NCBI RefSeq assembly: GCF_009914755.1
Contig: NC_060930.1
DNA: 64,000 nt
Direction: 5' to 3' (one strand)
Source of the DNA: the human T2T-CHM13v2.0 reference genome, Homo sapiens
Of the stretch, positions 1-18,045 are shown one piece after another. The position numbers and the translations under genes were made by a program. Numbering within the stretch: position 1 is the stretch's first letter; each line of letters starts with the position of its first letter. The notes below the pieces were generated by a model, which worked only from the letters and a program-made list of their open reading frames with translations, did not search any database and had not been told where the DNA came from.

Positions 1-227
1 TTCAAAAACACTGACTCAAAATTAACTTGGTAATGTAGAGGCAATTTCTGATGATTTTTCTGCCATATGTAATGTCTAAACAGACAGAATCATTTGGTAC
101 AGTAACCCAGAATTCGGCAATTATTTATCTGTAGTTTTCCAATTTCCATTTGAGGCAAAAGGGCAAAATTAAAAGTCCAATTATTAGAGCTTCCAATACT
201 TTTTATCATCAAAATTGTGTCTGGGCA

Positions 228-395
228 CTGGAGACTGGGAAGGATGGGAGTGGGGTGAGGAATGAGAAATTGCTTAATGGACACAATGTACATTATTCAG
301 GTGATGGTTACACTAAAAGCCCAGTACCACTAGGAAATATATCCTCGTAAAAAAACGGCACTTATATCCCTTACCTTTATACAAATTTACAAAAC
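228..395 (+). mobile_element. L1 3' end fragment (L1PB-like)
   Basis: Typical L1 3'UTR text (ggacacaatgtacattattcaggtgatggttacactaaaagccca) ending in an A-rich tail. Confidence 0.7.
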
Positions 396-396
396 T

Positions 397-856
397 GTGG
401 CTGAGGATCTCCGTGATCTCCCCCACATTTAGAGCTTTGATAGGATGCACGGGACTCAACATATAGTTGAATTCATGGCTGACATTTATTACACAATGCA
501 GTATGGATATAAAGGCTCATCATAATAGAAAAAGACACAAGCGGAGTCTGGAGGAATCACGTGTAGGCTCCTTATGCGGTCTCCCTCCCAAGAGGGGTCA
601 AACAAAACACATCCTTCCTCCATCAGTGAAAATGCAGCAGTTTCCGCGCAGGGAAGCCCATTAAAGACTTGGTGTCCCGGATTTTTACAGAAGCTGGTAA
701 TTTCGGCATAAAACATACTGTTCAGCACAAACCCAAAAATCTAAGTTCCCAGATGCCAAACAAGCACCAACATTGCAAGCAGTCCTTTCTAAGGATAGCA
801 GTCTTAAGGCCTGCTATGTTAACTCTTTTTAGCACAAATATGTTCTGGCCATTTTT
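397..856. mobile_element. ERVL-class solo LTR (MER68/MER77-like)
   Basis: Ends aaggatagcagtcttaaggcctgctatgttaactctttttagcaca, matching the recalled consensus terminus. Confidence 0.55.
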
Positions 857-1099
857 CTCATGCGGTTTTCCAAACAATAAACTTTACAGTTTTCAAGTCA
901 CCATCACTTAACACTTGTCTTTTCTCTAAAGTAGGATGTGCAACTAAGTTGTTTAGAAAGCTTTGTTTTTAAACAGGCTATGCAAAAAGCCCATATCCTT
1001 AAGAAAAAAAATCCTTTTTTCCTACTCTTGGGCAATTATTTATGGGGGTTGGAAAGAGAAGAAAAGGTCACTATCTCCTTTTATATACCAAGCTCAAAA

Positions 1100-1299
1100 A
1101 GATGAGCAGCACTTATGGTTTTGCTGTGTATCACGCTCAGTTCTAAGCACTTCACAAATATTAACCCACGCAACCCTCACAACCACCTTAGGAGATAAGT
1201 TGCTATTATTTTCCGCATTTTACACTTGAAACTGAGAAAGAGAAGTGAAGTGACTTGCAGAGGTCCCAAAGCCAGTAAGCGGTGGATGGAGATGCGGAC

Positions 1300-1320
<21 letters not shown>
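1100..1320. mobile_element. MIR fragment
   Basis: cattttacacttgaaactgagaaagagaagtgaagtgacttgcagaggtcccaaagccagtaag resembles the MIR core. Confidence 0.55.
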
Positions 1321-2411
<1,091 letters not shown>

Positions 2412-3719
2412 TCCGCCCCCACACCCCCGCCGCCCCCTGAACTCTTAAAGTCACATCTAACATTCGTCATACATTATTGTGGTTTTTCCCCCATTGCTGT
2501 TGTCTTACCTATCCTTCTCTCTTCCTAGCTAGATAGTACATTTCTTGAAATACACCTATACCTCCTCAAAGCCCGGTTATCTGTTGAAGTGGCCAGCACA
2601 TTGCATGTTTAGTAAAAGTAGTTGGTTTGAAAATATTTTGTTTCAATCATGGATATTGCAAATGCCAACACTGGTTATGGATAGGTTCTAAAAGTCTCCT
2701 GATCTTTCACAACTCTTCAGCCAAGGGACAAATGTGGCTTTAAGGATAAGAGCATTGGCGTAGAAATCAGAAGATACGAGAGTTAAAATTGCAAACACTA
2801 AATTTTTCTTTAAAAACTCTTCTAACAGTATTTACATGTGGAGAACTTGGCAAAGAAGGTTGATATTTGCTTATATCGTACTTAACAAGGACCATTCATT
2901 TAACAAACATAATTGAGCACAGATATGCCAGTTGCTGTTACAGGTATAGAGGTACACTATCATTTTGGGGTTAGGATAATTTTTTTCCCTAGGGAAAAAG
3001 AAAATATTCCTCAAATAAGAAGAGGTCATGTGGTGTAATTTTGAAGGCAAAATTGTCTACTTCATAAATCAAAAGCTTTCATGTATTTTAACTTTGGATT
3101 TGACCTAGAACTTGGAAGAACAAGAACAAGCAAACTTGAGCAAACCTAAATAATTTGCATCTTAATTGTGTCACTGTAAAAGAGATTTTAAAAAATATAT
3201 GTGGAAACCCAGTTTATGATTGATTTTTTAAAAGGGATTGAATTAGATTATGGAAATTTAGGTTCTTTTCTTCATAAGAAAAAAATTAGAAATTATCAAA
3301 TACCATACAATACTTAAATTTTCTTGGAAACGACAAAATTCAAAGCTATCTTGATTTCCACTAGATAGACCCTTAGCATAACCAAAATCTCCAGAGATTT
3401 CATTCTTTGTTTCAAAACTTGGCATAAATTAAGGAAAATTCTCTAACACTATTTTATTTTATTTCTGATGTTCCTCATTTACCTTTTCACTTAATTGAAT
3501 GTAAAATTTACTACTTGATGGATTATTCAAAGAAAGGAAATTATTTTTAAATATTACTCAGTAAGTATGTTTTAGTGCTATTACAATGACATTATAACAA
3601 AACATCAAATAAAAATATAGATTACCTTAAGATTACCTAACCATGTATTTTCCAAATAATGCTAAATATCTTAAATTTACCATCATGTTCTGTTTGGAAA
3701 TATGGGGAATCTTTGTTAA

Positions 3720-4077
<358 letters not shown>

Positions 4078-4349
4078 TCCTTTTTATCAAACACCAAATT
4101 GAACCAGATATCAAGTATATATTTTTAAGATACACTCTTTATTTTAAAAGTAATACCTGCTGGTTTCTCATCTTCCCCTCCTTCCCACACTCCCATTTCC
4201 TCTTCTCTGCTTGCTGTTTTCTGATATATAGTTTTAGGCACTGTCTTTGTGCGTACACCAGGCATTTGTACCATGTTTTTATATGACTACCTTTATGCTA
4301 AAAGATAACACAGCTTAGATTACAGTCTACATTCTCTTCTATGACTTGA

Positions 4350-4701
<352 letters not shown>

Positions 4702-5049
4702 TAGCCTCACTTTTTTGAGCAGTTGCTTAAGTCTCTTGTGAATGAATGTTTTTATTTTTTCATCAGTTTCTTGTTAGTGTACACTTGTCTTTGCTTACTA
4801 ACACAAGTATTCTCAGTAAATTGTTCACTGTGGAAATGCTGAGTCAACAGATGTTCATTTAAAGTTTTGATAAAAATTCTTTAAAAAAAAGAGAATCACA
4901 TGAAAGGCCATACATTTCCTAATTTTTCATTTTATTAGTCTGTTATATGGGGACTTAAAGTTGATTTTAAAAGAAATGGGTGTGAAATGACTTTATTGGT
5001 CAAAAATAAAATAAAATAAAAAGAAAAGGGAAAAATCCCAAGTCTCTTA

Positions 5050-5396
<347 letters not shown>

Positions 5397-6149
5397 TCAC
5401 TAACACATGAGTAACAACAAAAAATTAAATTAGTTGTTTGAGAATTAATGATTCATATCAACTCAGCACTAGTAAATCTTTCTCAGAAAAGTGAAAACTA
5501 TTTCTCCCTCTTTTATCAATTTTAAGTCTTGCTTAAATTATTCCTTAACAATGATGGAATAACTTGGACACAATGATCAAGATAACTAGGAACAATGATC
5601 AAGAACCTCTTTTGACAAGATCTTTTTGCTGCAAGGACTCTTAAATAAACTAAGTTTAGCAGTGTGCTATATATGGAAAGGCATATTTATCTCCTCAGAA
5701 AAAAAAGTCCTACATAAAAATATTTTTTAAATAATAATTAGTTATGAGCCCTAAAAGAATAATTGTTTAGTAATACTTCTCCTGCAAAAGCAGAAATCAG
5801 ATTAAATATTATTCAGTGAGGCCAAGTATATTGTTTCCCTATCTTGTGTTCATACTACCTGTGATTTATGATGTATATTTAGAATGAGGATGCCACAGAG
5901 ACTACATGAATCTACAGTATATAGTGATATCTTAGTTAAAAGTGAATCCACAAAATAAATTACACGGAGACTATGGTTAAGCTCCAAATTATTTGGAAAA
6001 TAATTATAAATGATGTCATTGGTCTAGAAATCTGAAATGGTTTATAGCTTATTAAATTATTGATAACTGAAGAATTTAAAAGTAAATGCTTAATGAAATG
6101 ATTCCTTGGACATACACTTTAATAATGCCATTTAAACATGAATATTTTA

Positions 6150-6292
6150 ATTTTTTTTTTGAGATAGGGTCTCACTCAGTCACTCAGGCTGATCACAGTG
6201 CACTATAGCCTCATACTCCTGAGTTCGGGTGACTCTCCTGCCTTAGCCTGCTGGTAACTGGGACTACAGGTTGGAACCACAGCACCTGGTCA
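6150..6292 (-). mobile_element. Alu fragment (old, AluJ/FRAM-like)
   Basis: Diverged right-arm sequence. Confidence 0.7.
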
Positions 6293-6399
6293 AATATTTT
6301 AATTTTTAACTGTAAATCTATTTGCAGTTAAATATAGCTTTTATTATGTTTGGGAACCAACCTGAGAATAAATAAAAAATAAGATAATGAGAAACTTTA

Positions 6400-6904
6400 T
6401 GTGGTAGTTTTAATAATGACCTCCTGCCCCAAAGATGTTCATGTTCTACAAACCTGAAACTTGTGAATGTGTTACCTTAACTGGCAAAAGGGACTTCGAA
6501 GATGTGATTAAATTAAGTATCTTGAGATGAGAAGATTATCATGGATTATCTCTGTGGTCTGAATGTAAAGGTCCTTATAAAAGAGAGGCAGCAGAATCAG
6601 AGGAAGAGAAGGAGATGTGATAACAGAAGCAGGAGTCAGAATCAGGGATTTGAAGCTCAAAGCTGTTGGCTTTGAAGATGGAGAAGGAGGCCATGAGAGC
6701 CAAGGAATGCAGGCAACCACTACAAGACAGAAAAGACAAGTCAAGAAATTCTACTCTGGAGCTCAGAAGAAACACAGGCTTGCTGACACCTTGATTTTAG
6801 CCAAGTGAGACTTCTAATCTACAGAATTGTATATAGTAAACTTGTGTTGTTTTAAGCCAGTAAATTTGGGGTAATTTGTTACGGTAGCAATAGGAAACTG
6901 ACAC
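6400..6904 (+). mobile_element. MaLR solo LTR (MLT1D-like)
   Basis: tgtggtag...gtgaatgtgttacctt...ggcaaaagggact...gttttaagcc...aataggaaactgacaca. Confidence 0.8.
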
Positions 6905-7269
6905 ATATTATACAATAGTTGGACATAACCCTGACAAAGCTATAGTCAAATATCATCAATTCGTGGAGGAAAGATGGTAATATGACGTTATTTTAATGCC
7001 TACATCAGTTGAGCCAGCTATCAGAGTTAAGAACAATTCCTAGAAAAGTTATCCATGTAGTCAGTCTGTTTTAAACAAATCCAGTGTATGAAAATCATGT
7101 TATAAGGTAAATTGGAAACGTTTATTTCCTTTAACTCTTTAAATGTGTCACACTTTTTGCTTTCTATTTTTAAACTTTGTGTCTCCTACAAAATAATAAT
7201 CAAAAACAAAAAAAGTAAGCATAACCCGTAGTTTCTTTCCAAATGCCTTTAAAGTTTCAAAGCAGTAAT

Positions 7270-7900
7270 TACACCTTGCGGCACTACCCGGTTCGGCCGG
7301 TGCCTGGCTGGAGGGCGTCGGAGAGCCTGGAGCAGGGCGCCAGGAGGCCGGAGCAGGAGGAGAAGGAGTAGGAGGAAGTGGTCACTAGCGCGGCGGCCGC
7401 CGGCCCGCAATGGTGCTACCCTGGTTGCTGCTCGAGACTGCGCGCAGGGCGGTCCTCGGGTCCGCGGAGGCTGCGCTCTGCGGTGAGCTTGGTGGTCCCT
7501 GGGGAAAGGGAGAGCGCCTAACCTTAGACTTCAGGCAAGGGTTAACATTGGTGGGGGTGCTCGCTTCTTTAGACTTCCAGTTAAAAGTCAGACCCATCAC
7601 TCTTGGCACCTGGGGATGTAACACCCACCTGGGGAAGATTTCGGGCTACCCGAACCTGTGGGCGCTCTGGGGACGCAGGGACAGAGGTAAACATTGCTCC
7701 AGCGAGGTCGTATGGGAGGGCGTTTATATTGGTAGTGGTGCTTGACTGAGCAATACATGAAAGCCAATTTCGCGACTCAGAGGAGCGAGCAAGATGGCCA
7801 CTCCCTGCCGGCGAGAGTCGTAATGCCGAGCCCAGCCTTGCGAGTTACATTTGTGACCCGCTACAGAGCAGCGCTCGGCGCTTCATGAAACAGCCACCTG
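7270..7900. promoter_or_regulatory. TSTD3: CpG island promoter of TSTD3
   Basis: CpG-dense; ETS-type AGGAAGTG just upstream of the ATG; YY1-like CAAGATGGC at 7790-7798. Confidence 0.8.
7410..7482 (+). CDS. TSTD3: TSTD3 coding exon 1 (MVLPWLLLETARRAVLGSAEAALC)
   Basis: gcaATGg start; donor GCG|gtgagc at 7483; phase 1 joins exon 2 in frame. Confidence 0.85.
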
Positions 7901-8174
7901 GAACTATAACGTGTTAGAACTATAAAAATACCACCCCTCATTTTACCGATGAGCCAGCAGAAGCCAGAGAAATGAAGGTGGTTACCGGAGGCGTTGGGTC
8001 TAGAACTCAAAGCAGTCCCTTCTTTTCGCTTTGCATGCTGCCTCTCCAGCACCAACTTTTATCTGTGGATGCAGCTACAGGGACCCAGCATTAACACAGC
8101 TTACCCCCAGCCCCACCTACCTATTTTAACTGTTGGTAAGTCCTCTGTAGTTTAAGATGTGCTTTTCTATGCAA

Positions 8175-8500
8175 ATTTTTTTTCTTTTCTCCTTTTTTTT
8201 CTTTCTTTCTTTCTTAAGAAACAGAGTCTGGCTCTGTCGCCCAGGCTGGAATGCAGTGCTGCAATCACAGCTCACTGCAGCTTGAAACTCCTTGGCTCAA
8301 GCGATCCTCCCCTCAGTCTGCACGTAGCTAGGACTACAGGCGGAGGCCATCAGGCCCAGCTGATTTTGTTTGTTTTGTTTTTGTAGAGATGGGGTTTTAG
8401 CTATGTTTCTCAGGCTGGTCTCGAACTCCTGGCCTCAAGTGATCCTCCTGCCTCGGCCTCCCAGTGTTGGAATTACAGGTGTGAGCTACTGCTCCTGGCC
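8175..8500 (-). mobile_element. Alu (AluJ-like)
   Basis: Diverged dimer, T-rich tail. Confidence 0.85.
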
Positions 8501-8539
8501 ACAGAGTGTTTTCTTTCACCTTTATTCAAGAATCATTTG

Positions 8540-9120
<581 letters not shown>

Positions 9121-9337
9121 ATGAAAAATCAATCATTTATTAAGCTCCTAAACTGCCGGGCTTCCTGCTGGGGATACAGCCTCTGCAGCTCAGTTCACCC
9201 ATTTCTAGGGAAGGCAGACACAAGTAATCACCACACACAGCCCAGTCAAGTGACACTGCAATGGAAAAGAACAACTGACTCTGAGTTCTAGAAAATATTA
9301 GAAAAAGGTATCTTTTCATTTAAATTATGCTGTAATA

Positions 9338-9795
<458 letters not shown>

Positions 9796-10524
9796 CTAGT
9801 ATTAAATGATTCTATCCTCATATGAAAACAAAACACAACATATTGCTCCTTTATATATCCTCCTCTTCCCACTCTTCTCCCCAGATATGGCTTGATACAC
9901 ATCCTTCTAAACACTTGTCTATGAATATACATAAATAAAAGTACATAAAAATACTGTATATACAAATGTGATCTGTGCATACTTTTCTGCAATTTTTTCT
10001 CAGGTATTCAGAAGCCTTCCATGGCGGCACATGTAACTCTCTTAACTGCTGCATATATTCCACCATTTCACCAGTCACCTATTGATGAACATTTTGATTT
10101 CCAATTTTTTTGCTATTATAAAGTTGTTCAGTAATTATCATTGTACATACCACTTTGTGTATTTGTACAAATATTTTACTAAAATAGATATCTAGATGCA
10201 AAATTGTTAGATTAAAGGAGAGGTGGCAAGGGACATTTAACTGGGTCTTAAAGGAGAGTAAGAGTGTTCCATGGAGAGATGAGGGAGAAAGGTATTCCTT
10301 TCAGAATGGGCAGTATGTATAAATCACGAAGGAAAGGCAGAAATAGATATTGATTGATTGCACTGTATATACATTACCTTACTTAAAGCTCATAGGTTTA
10401 AATGATAATAATATTCCTATTTTACAAATAAGAAACTAAGTCCTACAAATTTTAAGTAATTTCTGTAGGGTTACAGGGATAAGTGGGTAAGCCAGAATGT
10501 GACTCTAGGTTTATCTGACTCTAA

Positions 10525-10870
<346 letters not shown>

Positions 10871-11403
10871 AGGAGCACACATATACTTTTGATGTAGCTG
10901 GAGGATAGAGCAATTGGGGCCTAAGAGGAGAAATGAAGGGAGGAGTGGGTTTGGTAAACTGTGCTGGTAAGGGGTTGTTGAAAGGCATTAAGGAACATAC
11001 TAAGGAGCTTGGATTCTATCCTGTGATGTAATGCTGCAGTGACATCCAGGTGATGTTAAGTTTACTAATGTGGAAACCACAAAACTGGAGGTTATTCAAA
11101 GGTTAGGCTGAAAAGGTAAAAATCAGGTGCAGTCTGTATTACTCTTGAAAATCCCTCTAGAGAACCACACATCATCTCTCAGTAAATCCCAAATAGCCAG
11201 TTTTTCTTCAATATAGGAACAGATTAGTGTTTCTTTGAGCACAAGATGAAGTGGTTGATTTGCAAGTGGAGCACATGCTGTACATAAAAACACACACTAT
11301 TGGCTTTAAATAATTAGTATGCAATAGAGGCTCATATCATGAGAGGCTTGGGGGAGCTGAGCCTCATCAAACAAATAGGCTTACTTCAGGCTTTTGCTCA
11401 CTG

Positions 11404-11449
11404 AGTGTTCACTGGTTCGAGTGTTCACTGGTTCCAGTGTTCACTGGTT
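11404..11449. repeat. 16-bp tandem repeat x3 (agtgttcactggttcS)
   Basis: Units start at 11404, 11420 and 11436. Confidence 0.85.
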
Positions 11450-11819
11450 ATTTCCCCCATCCTCCACCTCCCAATAGGAGTATAATTGAATTATAGAAAG
11501 TTAAATATCAGTTATATGACTACAAGAAAAACATAACTATTTGATCCAGTTAAAGAAGTTACTTGCTGTCACTGTCTTTCACAGTGGCTAAGAGCCAGAA
11601 TCTTGAGTTTAACATAAATTATAAAATTACCATAGTTTTCTAGTTCCTAACAATGAGAAGCAGTAATGAGCATTAATTCAGCCTGCTGGCTCTTTATATT
11701 CTGGGAATTCAGAAAACAGCTAGCTGGATGAGAAACAGTTTGATTCCAGGTTAAGATCTAATGTTGTAGACACAGTGAATCAACTTTTCAAATCTGAAGG
11801 GGGTGAGGAAACCTATATT

Positions 11820-12335
11820 TTTATTTTTAAGTTTTGTTTATTGTGGTAAAATATGTATAAAATGTGATTTTAACTATTTTGAATGTACAATTCAGTAGCA
11901 TTAATTATATTCACAGTGTTGTGCAACCATCAACACTTTTTATTTCAGTGCAAAAATTTTCATCACCCCAAACAAAAACTCCCCATTCCTCCTCCCTCCA
12001 CCTCCTGACAACCTCTAACCTACTTTCTATGAATTTGCCTGTTCTATATATTTCATATAAATGGAATCATATAATATTTGTCCTTTGCATCTGGCTTATT
12101 TCACTCAGCATGTTTTCAAGGTGTATCCATATTGTAGCACGTGTCAGTACTTCATTTTTATGACTAATATTCCATTGTATGTATACATCACATTTTATTT
12201 ATCCATAATCTGCTGATGAACACTTGGGTTGTTTCCACCTTTTGGTTATTGTGAATAAATATAAGCATTAGTGTACAAGTATTTGTTTGAGCCCCTGTTT
12301 TCATTTGAGCATATACATGGGAGTGGAATAGCTGG
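11820..12335 (-). mobile_element. L1 3' end (L1MB-like)
   Basis: tggcttatttcactcagcatgttttcaaggtgtatccatattgtagca-type L1M 3'UTR. Confidence 0.75.
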
Positions 12336-12425
12336 AAACCTGTTCATTTAAACCTTTATAGCTATTTGTCCATTTTTATGTTACTTTCCTAGCCATGAAA
12401 ATGACAGATGAAAATAGAAAAGTGT

Positions 12426-12532
12426 GGCTGGTCTGAAGGTAAGTGAGTTACCTCAATTGATTGTCCAGTCAGTTACAGATCGAACTTGTTCTACTCTTTC
12501 CCTCCTTCTCACTACTGCACTTGACTAGTCTT
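12426..12532 (+). pseudogene. Y1 RNA (RNY1) retropseudogene
   Basis: ggctggtctgaaggtaagtgagttacctcaattgattg...ctcactactgcacttgactagtctt matches hY1; poly-A tail; degenerate TSD ending agtgt. Confidence 0.9.
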
Positions 12533-13538
12533 AAAAAAAAAAGAAATAAAACAAAAGAGTGTCTGTTTTTCATAAGAAGATACGCTTTTTTTGCAACTTA
12601 CTTTTGTCTTTTCTTAACTACTTAATACATGGAACTGCTGTTTATTTCTTTTGGCCTATGAGCCCTGCAAAAAATTACCAAGGCATTAAGAGCATTGTAA
12701 ACCCAGAAAGTTTGGGAACCTTAGGTTTATACATAATGTTCAACAACTAGTTTTTTAAATTCAATACTATTTTGGACAACTTACATTAAATAATGCATAT
12801 CCCATTGTATAAATGTACCACTTATAACAGTTGCCTTATTGATGAACTTCCAGCTTATTGTAGTTTTCTAATGTTACAAAGAATGCTACCCACAAACATA
12901 ATTGCATATATATACATCTGTATTAACTCATACTAAGGTTTCTGTAGGATAGATTCCTAAAACTAAAATTGTGAGGTAAAAAGGATATACATACTTAAAA
13001 TGTTATTACAGCTAAATTTCCCTTCAAAAGTTTGTGACATTATACACTACCAGCAATGTATGAAAGTACCCATTTCCTCTTTCCCTCACCAATATTTGAT
13101 ATTATAAATTCTTTTAATTTTTACAAACCTGACAAAATAACAAAATTTTGTTTATATCTTGTATTTCCTTAATTAGTAGTGAGATCGGGCACCTTTTCAC
13201 ACTTTATTGGCTATTTATATTTCTCCTGTCAATCCACGTTCATATATTTTGACCATTTTTCTATGGGGATTTTTTTCTTTTTCCTAGTTATTTGTATGAA
13301 CTCTATTTTATTAACACTAATCTTTTGTTTTTTTTCTATGTTACAAGAATTTTCTTCCTACCTGTTACTTGTATTCAAAATGTTCATTGTTCTTTTTCCA
13401 TATATAACTTTAGCATTTTTATGAGATCAAACCTTTATGATTTCTGGTTTTTGTCATGTTTAGAATGGCCTTCCTATCCTAAGACTTAAATTATCTACTC
13501 ATGTTTTCTATGAGTACTTTTAAGATATTAGATTTTAG

Positions 13539-13839
<301 letters not shown>

Positions 13840-14133
13840 TTAGGTTTATATTTGGAATTTAAGCATAAGGAGTGGGGTAACAGCCTGCTTAGTTTAGTGT
13901 TTTCCCGTACTTAGTTGGCCTATTTATTAAATATAATGTCATTTTCTTATTAATTTGCAATGTCACTGTTAGCAGATACTAAATTCTCATATAAAGTATA
14001 TTGTAAGTCTCTTTTCTGGACTTAGACTTTTAAACCTTTTCTTATGCCAGCTCTACACTACTTAAATCAATTTTACTATATTTAATACTTTAAACAAAAT
14101 TTGAAGCATACCTGTATAATTTACCTTTTTTAC

Positions 14134-14441
14134 TTTTTTTTTTTTTTCTTTTGAGACAAAGTCTCACTCTGTCACTTAGGCTGGTGGAGTGCAGTGGTGC
14201 CATCACAGCCTTACTGCAGCCTCCACCTCGTGGGCTCAAACGATCATCCTGCCTCAGCTTCCCTAGTAGCTGGGACTACAGGCAGGTGCCATCATATCTG
14301 GCTAATTTTTTAAGAAACTTTTAGTAGAGATGGAGTCTCACTGTGTTGCCCAGGCTGTCTCCAACTCCTGGACTCAGGTGATCCTCCCACCTCAGCCTCC
14401 CAAAGTATTGTGATTACAGGCGTGAGCCACTGCACCTGGCC
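14134..14441 (-). mobile_element. Alu (AluJ-like)
   Basis: Diverged dimer. Confidence 0.85.
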
Positions 14442-14534
14442 TTATTTACCTTTCTTATAGTGGTCATTTTGTTGTGAAATATGAACATTATTAATTTTTT
14501 TGTTATTTTAAAAATCTTTTGGATATTCTTTTTT

Positions 14535-15200
14535 AAAAAATGATTTTAGACCTGTAGAAAAGTTGCAAAAGTAAAAGTTTCCTTTATGCTTACCAACTTC
14601 ACATAGTATGAACATCTTACATAGTGCAATTACTGAAATCAGGAAATTAATATTGATATAATACTATTAACTAATCCACAGCCTTTAATCTTTCTTGACA
14701 TTGACACTTTTAAAAAGGGTACTAGTTACTTTGTAGATTTTTTGTCTGAGGTTTTCTTCTAATTAGATTCAGGACATGAATTTTTTTTGCAAGAATACTA
14801 AGGAAGTGATATTGTGCACTCTTCTCAGGGCCTCATATCAGGAGGCATATGTTATCAACATGTCTTATTACTAGTGAAGTTATCTTTGAATAACTGGTTA
14901 AAGTAGTATCTTTCAGGTTTCTCCCTTTGTAATTAGTATCTCATGGAAAGATATTACCTCATTTCTCATCACACTTTCACTCACTAGATCTATATCCATC
15001 AATGGTTTTTATCTGCAACAATTATTACTGGAGTGTTTGCTTAATGGTTTTCTGTTCCCATCATTCCTTCTATATTTATTAGTTGGAAGTTCCCATATAA
15101 GGAAGATAATCCCTTCTCCCCATTTATTTATTCAATTATATCCTTTTACCAGTATGGACCCATGGATTTATTTTATTTTATGGGTTCCAATACCATATTA
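14535..15200 (-). mobile_element. Old L1 3' fragment (L1MC-like)
   Basis: gaaatcaggaaattaatattgatataatactattaactaat...tggacccatggatttatttt. Confidence 0.55.
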
Positions 15201-15239
15201 TGTTACAATATTATATTACGATACCATATTATGTAACAA

Positions 15240-15552
15240 AATGTTGGCACTCTGTATCTGCAGGTTCGACACCAGAGGATTCAAGTCAACTAGAGAGAAA
15301 ATATTCAGGAAAAAACCAAAATAACAATACAACAACAACAAAAACCCAAAAATACAGTATAACAATTACTTACATAGCATTTACATTGTACTAAGGATTA
15401 TATGTAAATGAGATGATTTAAAGTACACGGGAGATGTGCCTAAGTTATATGCAAATGCTATGCCATTATATATAAGGGACTTGAGCATCCACAGACTTTG
15501 GTATCCAAGGGAGTACTGGAACCAATCCCCTTCAGATACCAAAAGGCGACTG
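15240..15552 (-). mobile_element. MER2 (Tigger-family DNA transposon)
   Basis: agggacttgagcatccacagactttggtatcc...ggaaccaatcccc...cgactgta. Confidence 0.8.
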
Positions 15553-15577
15553 TATTTAAGAGATAGAAACGGTGTCA

Positions 15578-15895
<318 letters not shown>

Positions 15896-16107
15896 TTACA
15901 AGTGTAGTATAAAATGTAAGGTCCCCACATCTAATCTATGGCTTAATATCTTTGCTTGCAAGGGGAAATGAAATTAAAATTTTCTTAATATTGTAACTTG
16001 GATTAAGATTTACAGATTATTTCCATAATTCACTTACCAGATGCTGAATATGTATTTACAAGCTCCCACCAATTAAGGGGCTTGGAAAGAGTAAAATATG
16101 GAACTGA

Positions 16108-16655
<548 letters not shown>

Positions 16656-16656
16656 G

Positions 16657-17535
16657 AAAAATTCTTTTCTGTACTCTCACAACACTTTTGACATCAGATG
16701 TATGGGTTTTCCACAACCAAGTAATTCTCCAGTTCTCTGTGGACACTAACTGGATGTTCTAAAATTTTATTTTGAACTAACTACCCAGAGTTAGCACAGA
16801 CCCCAGAGCCTAAGGGTTCAGTCCCACAGGACTGCCCCTACCTCAGATGCCAGTCACAAGTCCAGGCCTCCCACTCTTCTGACCAACTAGCTGTAAATCG
16901 GGGGTTCTCTTAACCCCTTCCTTGGGTTTGATACTTTGCTAGAACTGCTCAAAGAAGTCAGAGAAACAAATTTATTGATTTATTTGAAAGAATATAATAA
17001 AAAATACAGATAAACAGCCAGATGAAGACGTACCTAGTGGGAAGTCTAGAAGGGTCCCATGCACAGTAGCTTCTGTCCCTATGGGGTTGGGGTGTGTTAT
17101 CCTCCCAGCACTTGAATGTGTTCACCAACCAGAAGCTCTCTGAACCCCATCAGAGATATTTATGGAAACTTCATCATGTAGTCATCAGTTATTAACTGAG
17201 TCTCCAGCTGCTCTTACCTCCTGGAGGATGAGAATGGGGCTGAGTTCCAAGCTTCTAATCATAGTTGGGTCTTTCTGGTGACCAGCCCCCATCCTGAAGC
17301 TATCCATGAACCCACCAAGAGTCACTTCATTAGAACAAAAGAATCTATCACCCAGGAAATTCCAAGGGATTTGGGAGCTCTGTGTCAGGAAGTGGAGTAA
17401 AAAATGAAATTCATTAAAACAAAAGATGCTCCTAGCACCCCCCCCACCCCCATCACTCAGGAAATTATAAGGGTTTTAGGAGCTTTTGTATCAGGAACCA
17501 GGAGCAGAGACCAAATGTGTATTTATTATGTCACT
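16657..17535. mobile_element. ERVL LTR (MER21-like)
   Basis: ggtctttctggtgaccagcccccatcctgaagcta...acccaggaaattccaaggga...tgtgtcagga. Confidence 0.7.
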
Positions 17536-17691
17536 GTGCAAAATACATACCTAGAATACATAGTTTATTAAAGCAAAAAAATTAACTATAGTTAACTGAC
17601 TGGAACCAGGGGGAAATTCTTTTAACCTATTCTTTCCAGCTGTTAATAGTGATATCACTTTGAAGTTGCCTAAATTGTTTATTTTTTCCAG

Positions 17692-17865
17692 GTTTGACGT
17701 CAATAAAGGGAAACTGCCACAATTTTTATACTGCTATTTCTAAAGATGTCACTTATAAGGAACTTAAAAACCTGTTGAATTCTAAAAATATTATGTTAAT
17801 TGATGTTAGAGAGATATGGGAAATTCTGGAGTATCAAAAAATCCCTGAGTCTATCAATGTACCAT
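17692..17865 (+). CDS. TSTD3: TSTD3 exon 2, rhodanese N-terminal part (GLTSIKGN...MLIDVREIWEILEYQKIPESINVP)
   Basis: ttttttccag acceptor, gtaagt donor, 174 nt open; LIDVRE..E...IP.SINVP is the rhodanese signature. Confidence 0.9.
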
Positions 17866-17960
17866 GTAAGTGACATGTGTCTTAAATTAATTTATTAAAA
17901 AACATATAAATAATTTACTATATCTAAAATCTAACTGAAATTCTTAACATTTTCTTTCAG

Positions 17961-18045
17961 TGGATGAAGTAGGTGAAGCTCTACAGATGAATCCAAGAGA
18001 CTTCAAAGAGAAGTACAATGAAGTAAAACCATCCAAATCTGACAG

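Noticed and set aside
7483-7745. ORF-track 111-aa protein continuing past TSTD3 exon 1
   Set aside because: Read-through into intron 1 beyond the gtgagc donor at 7483.
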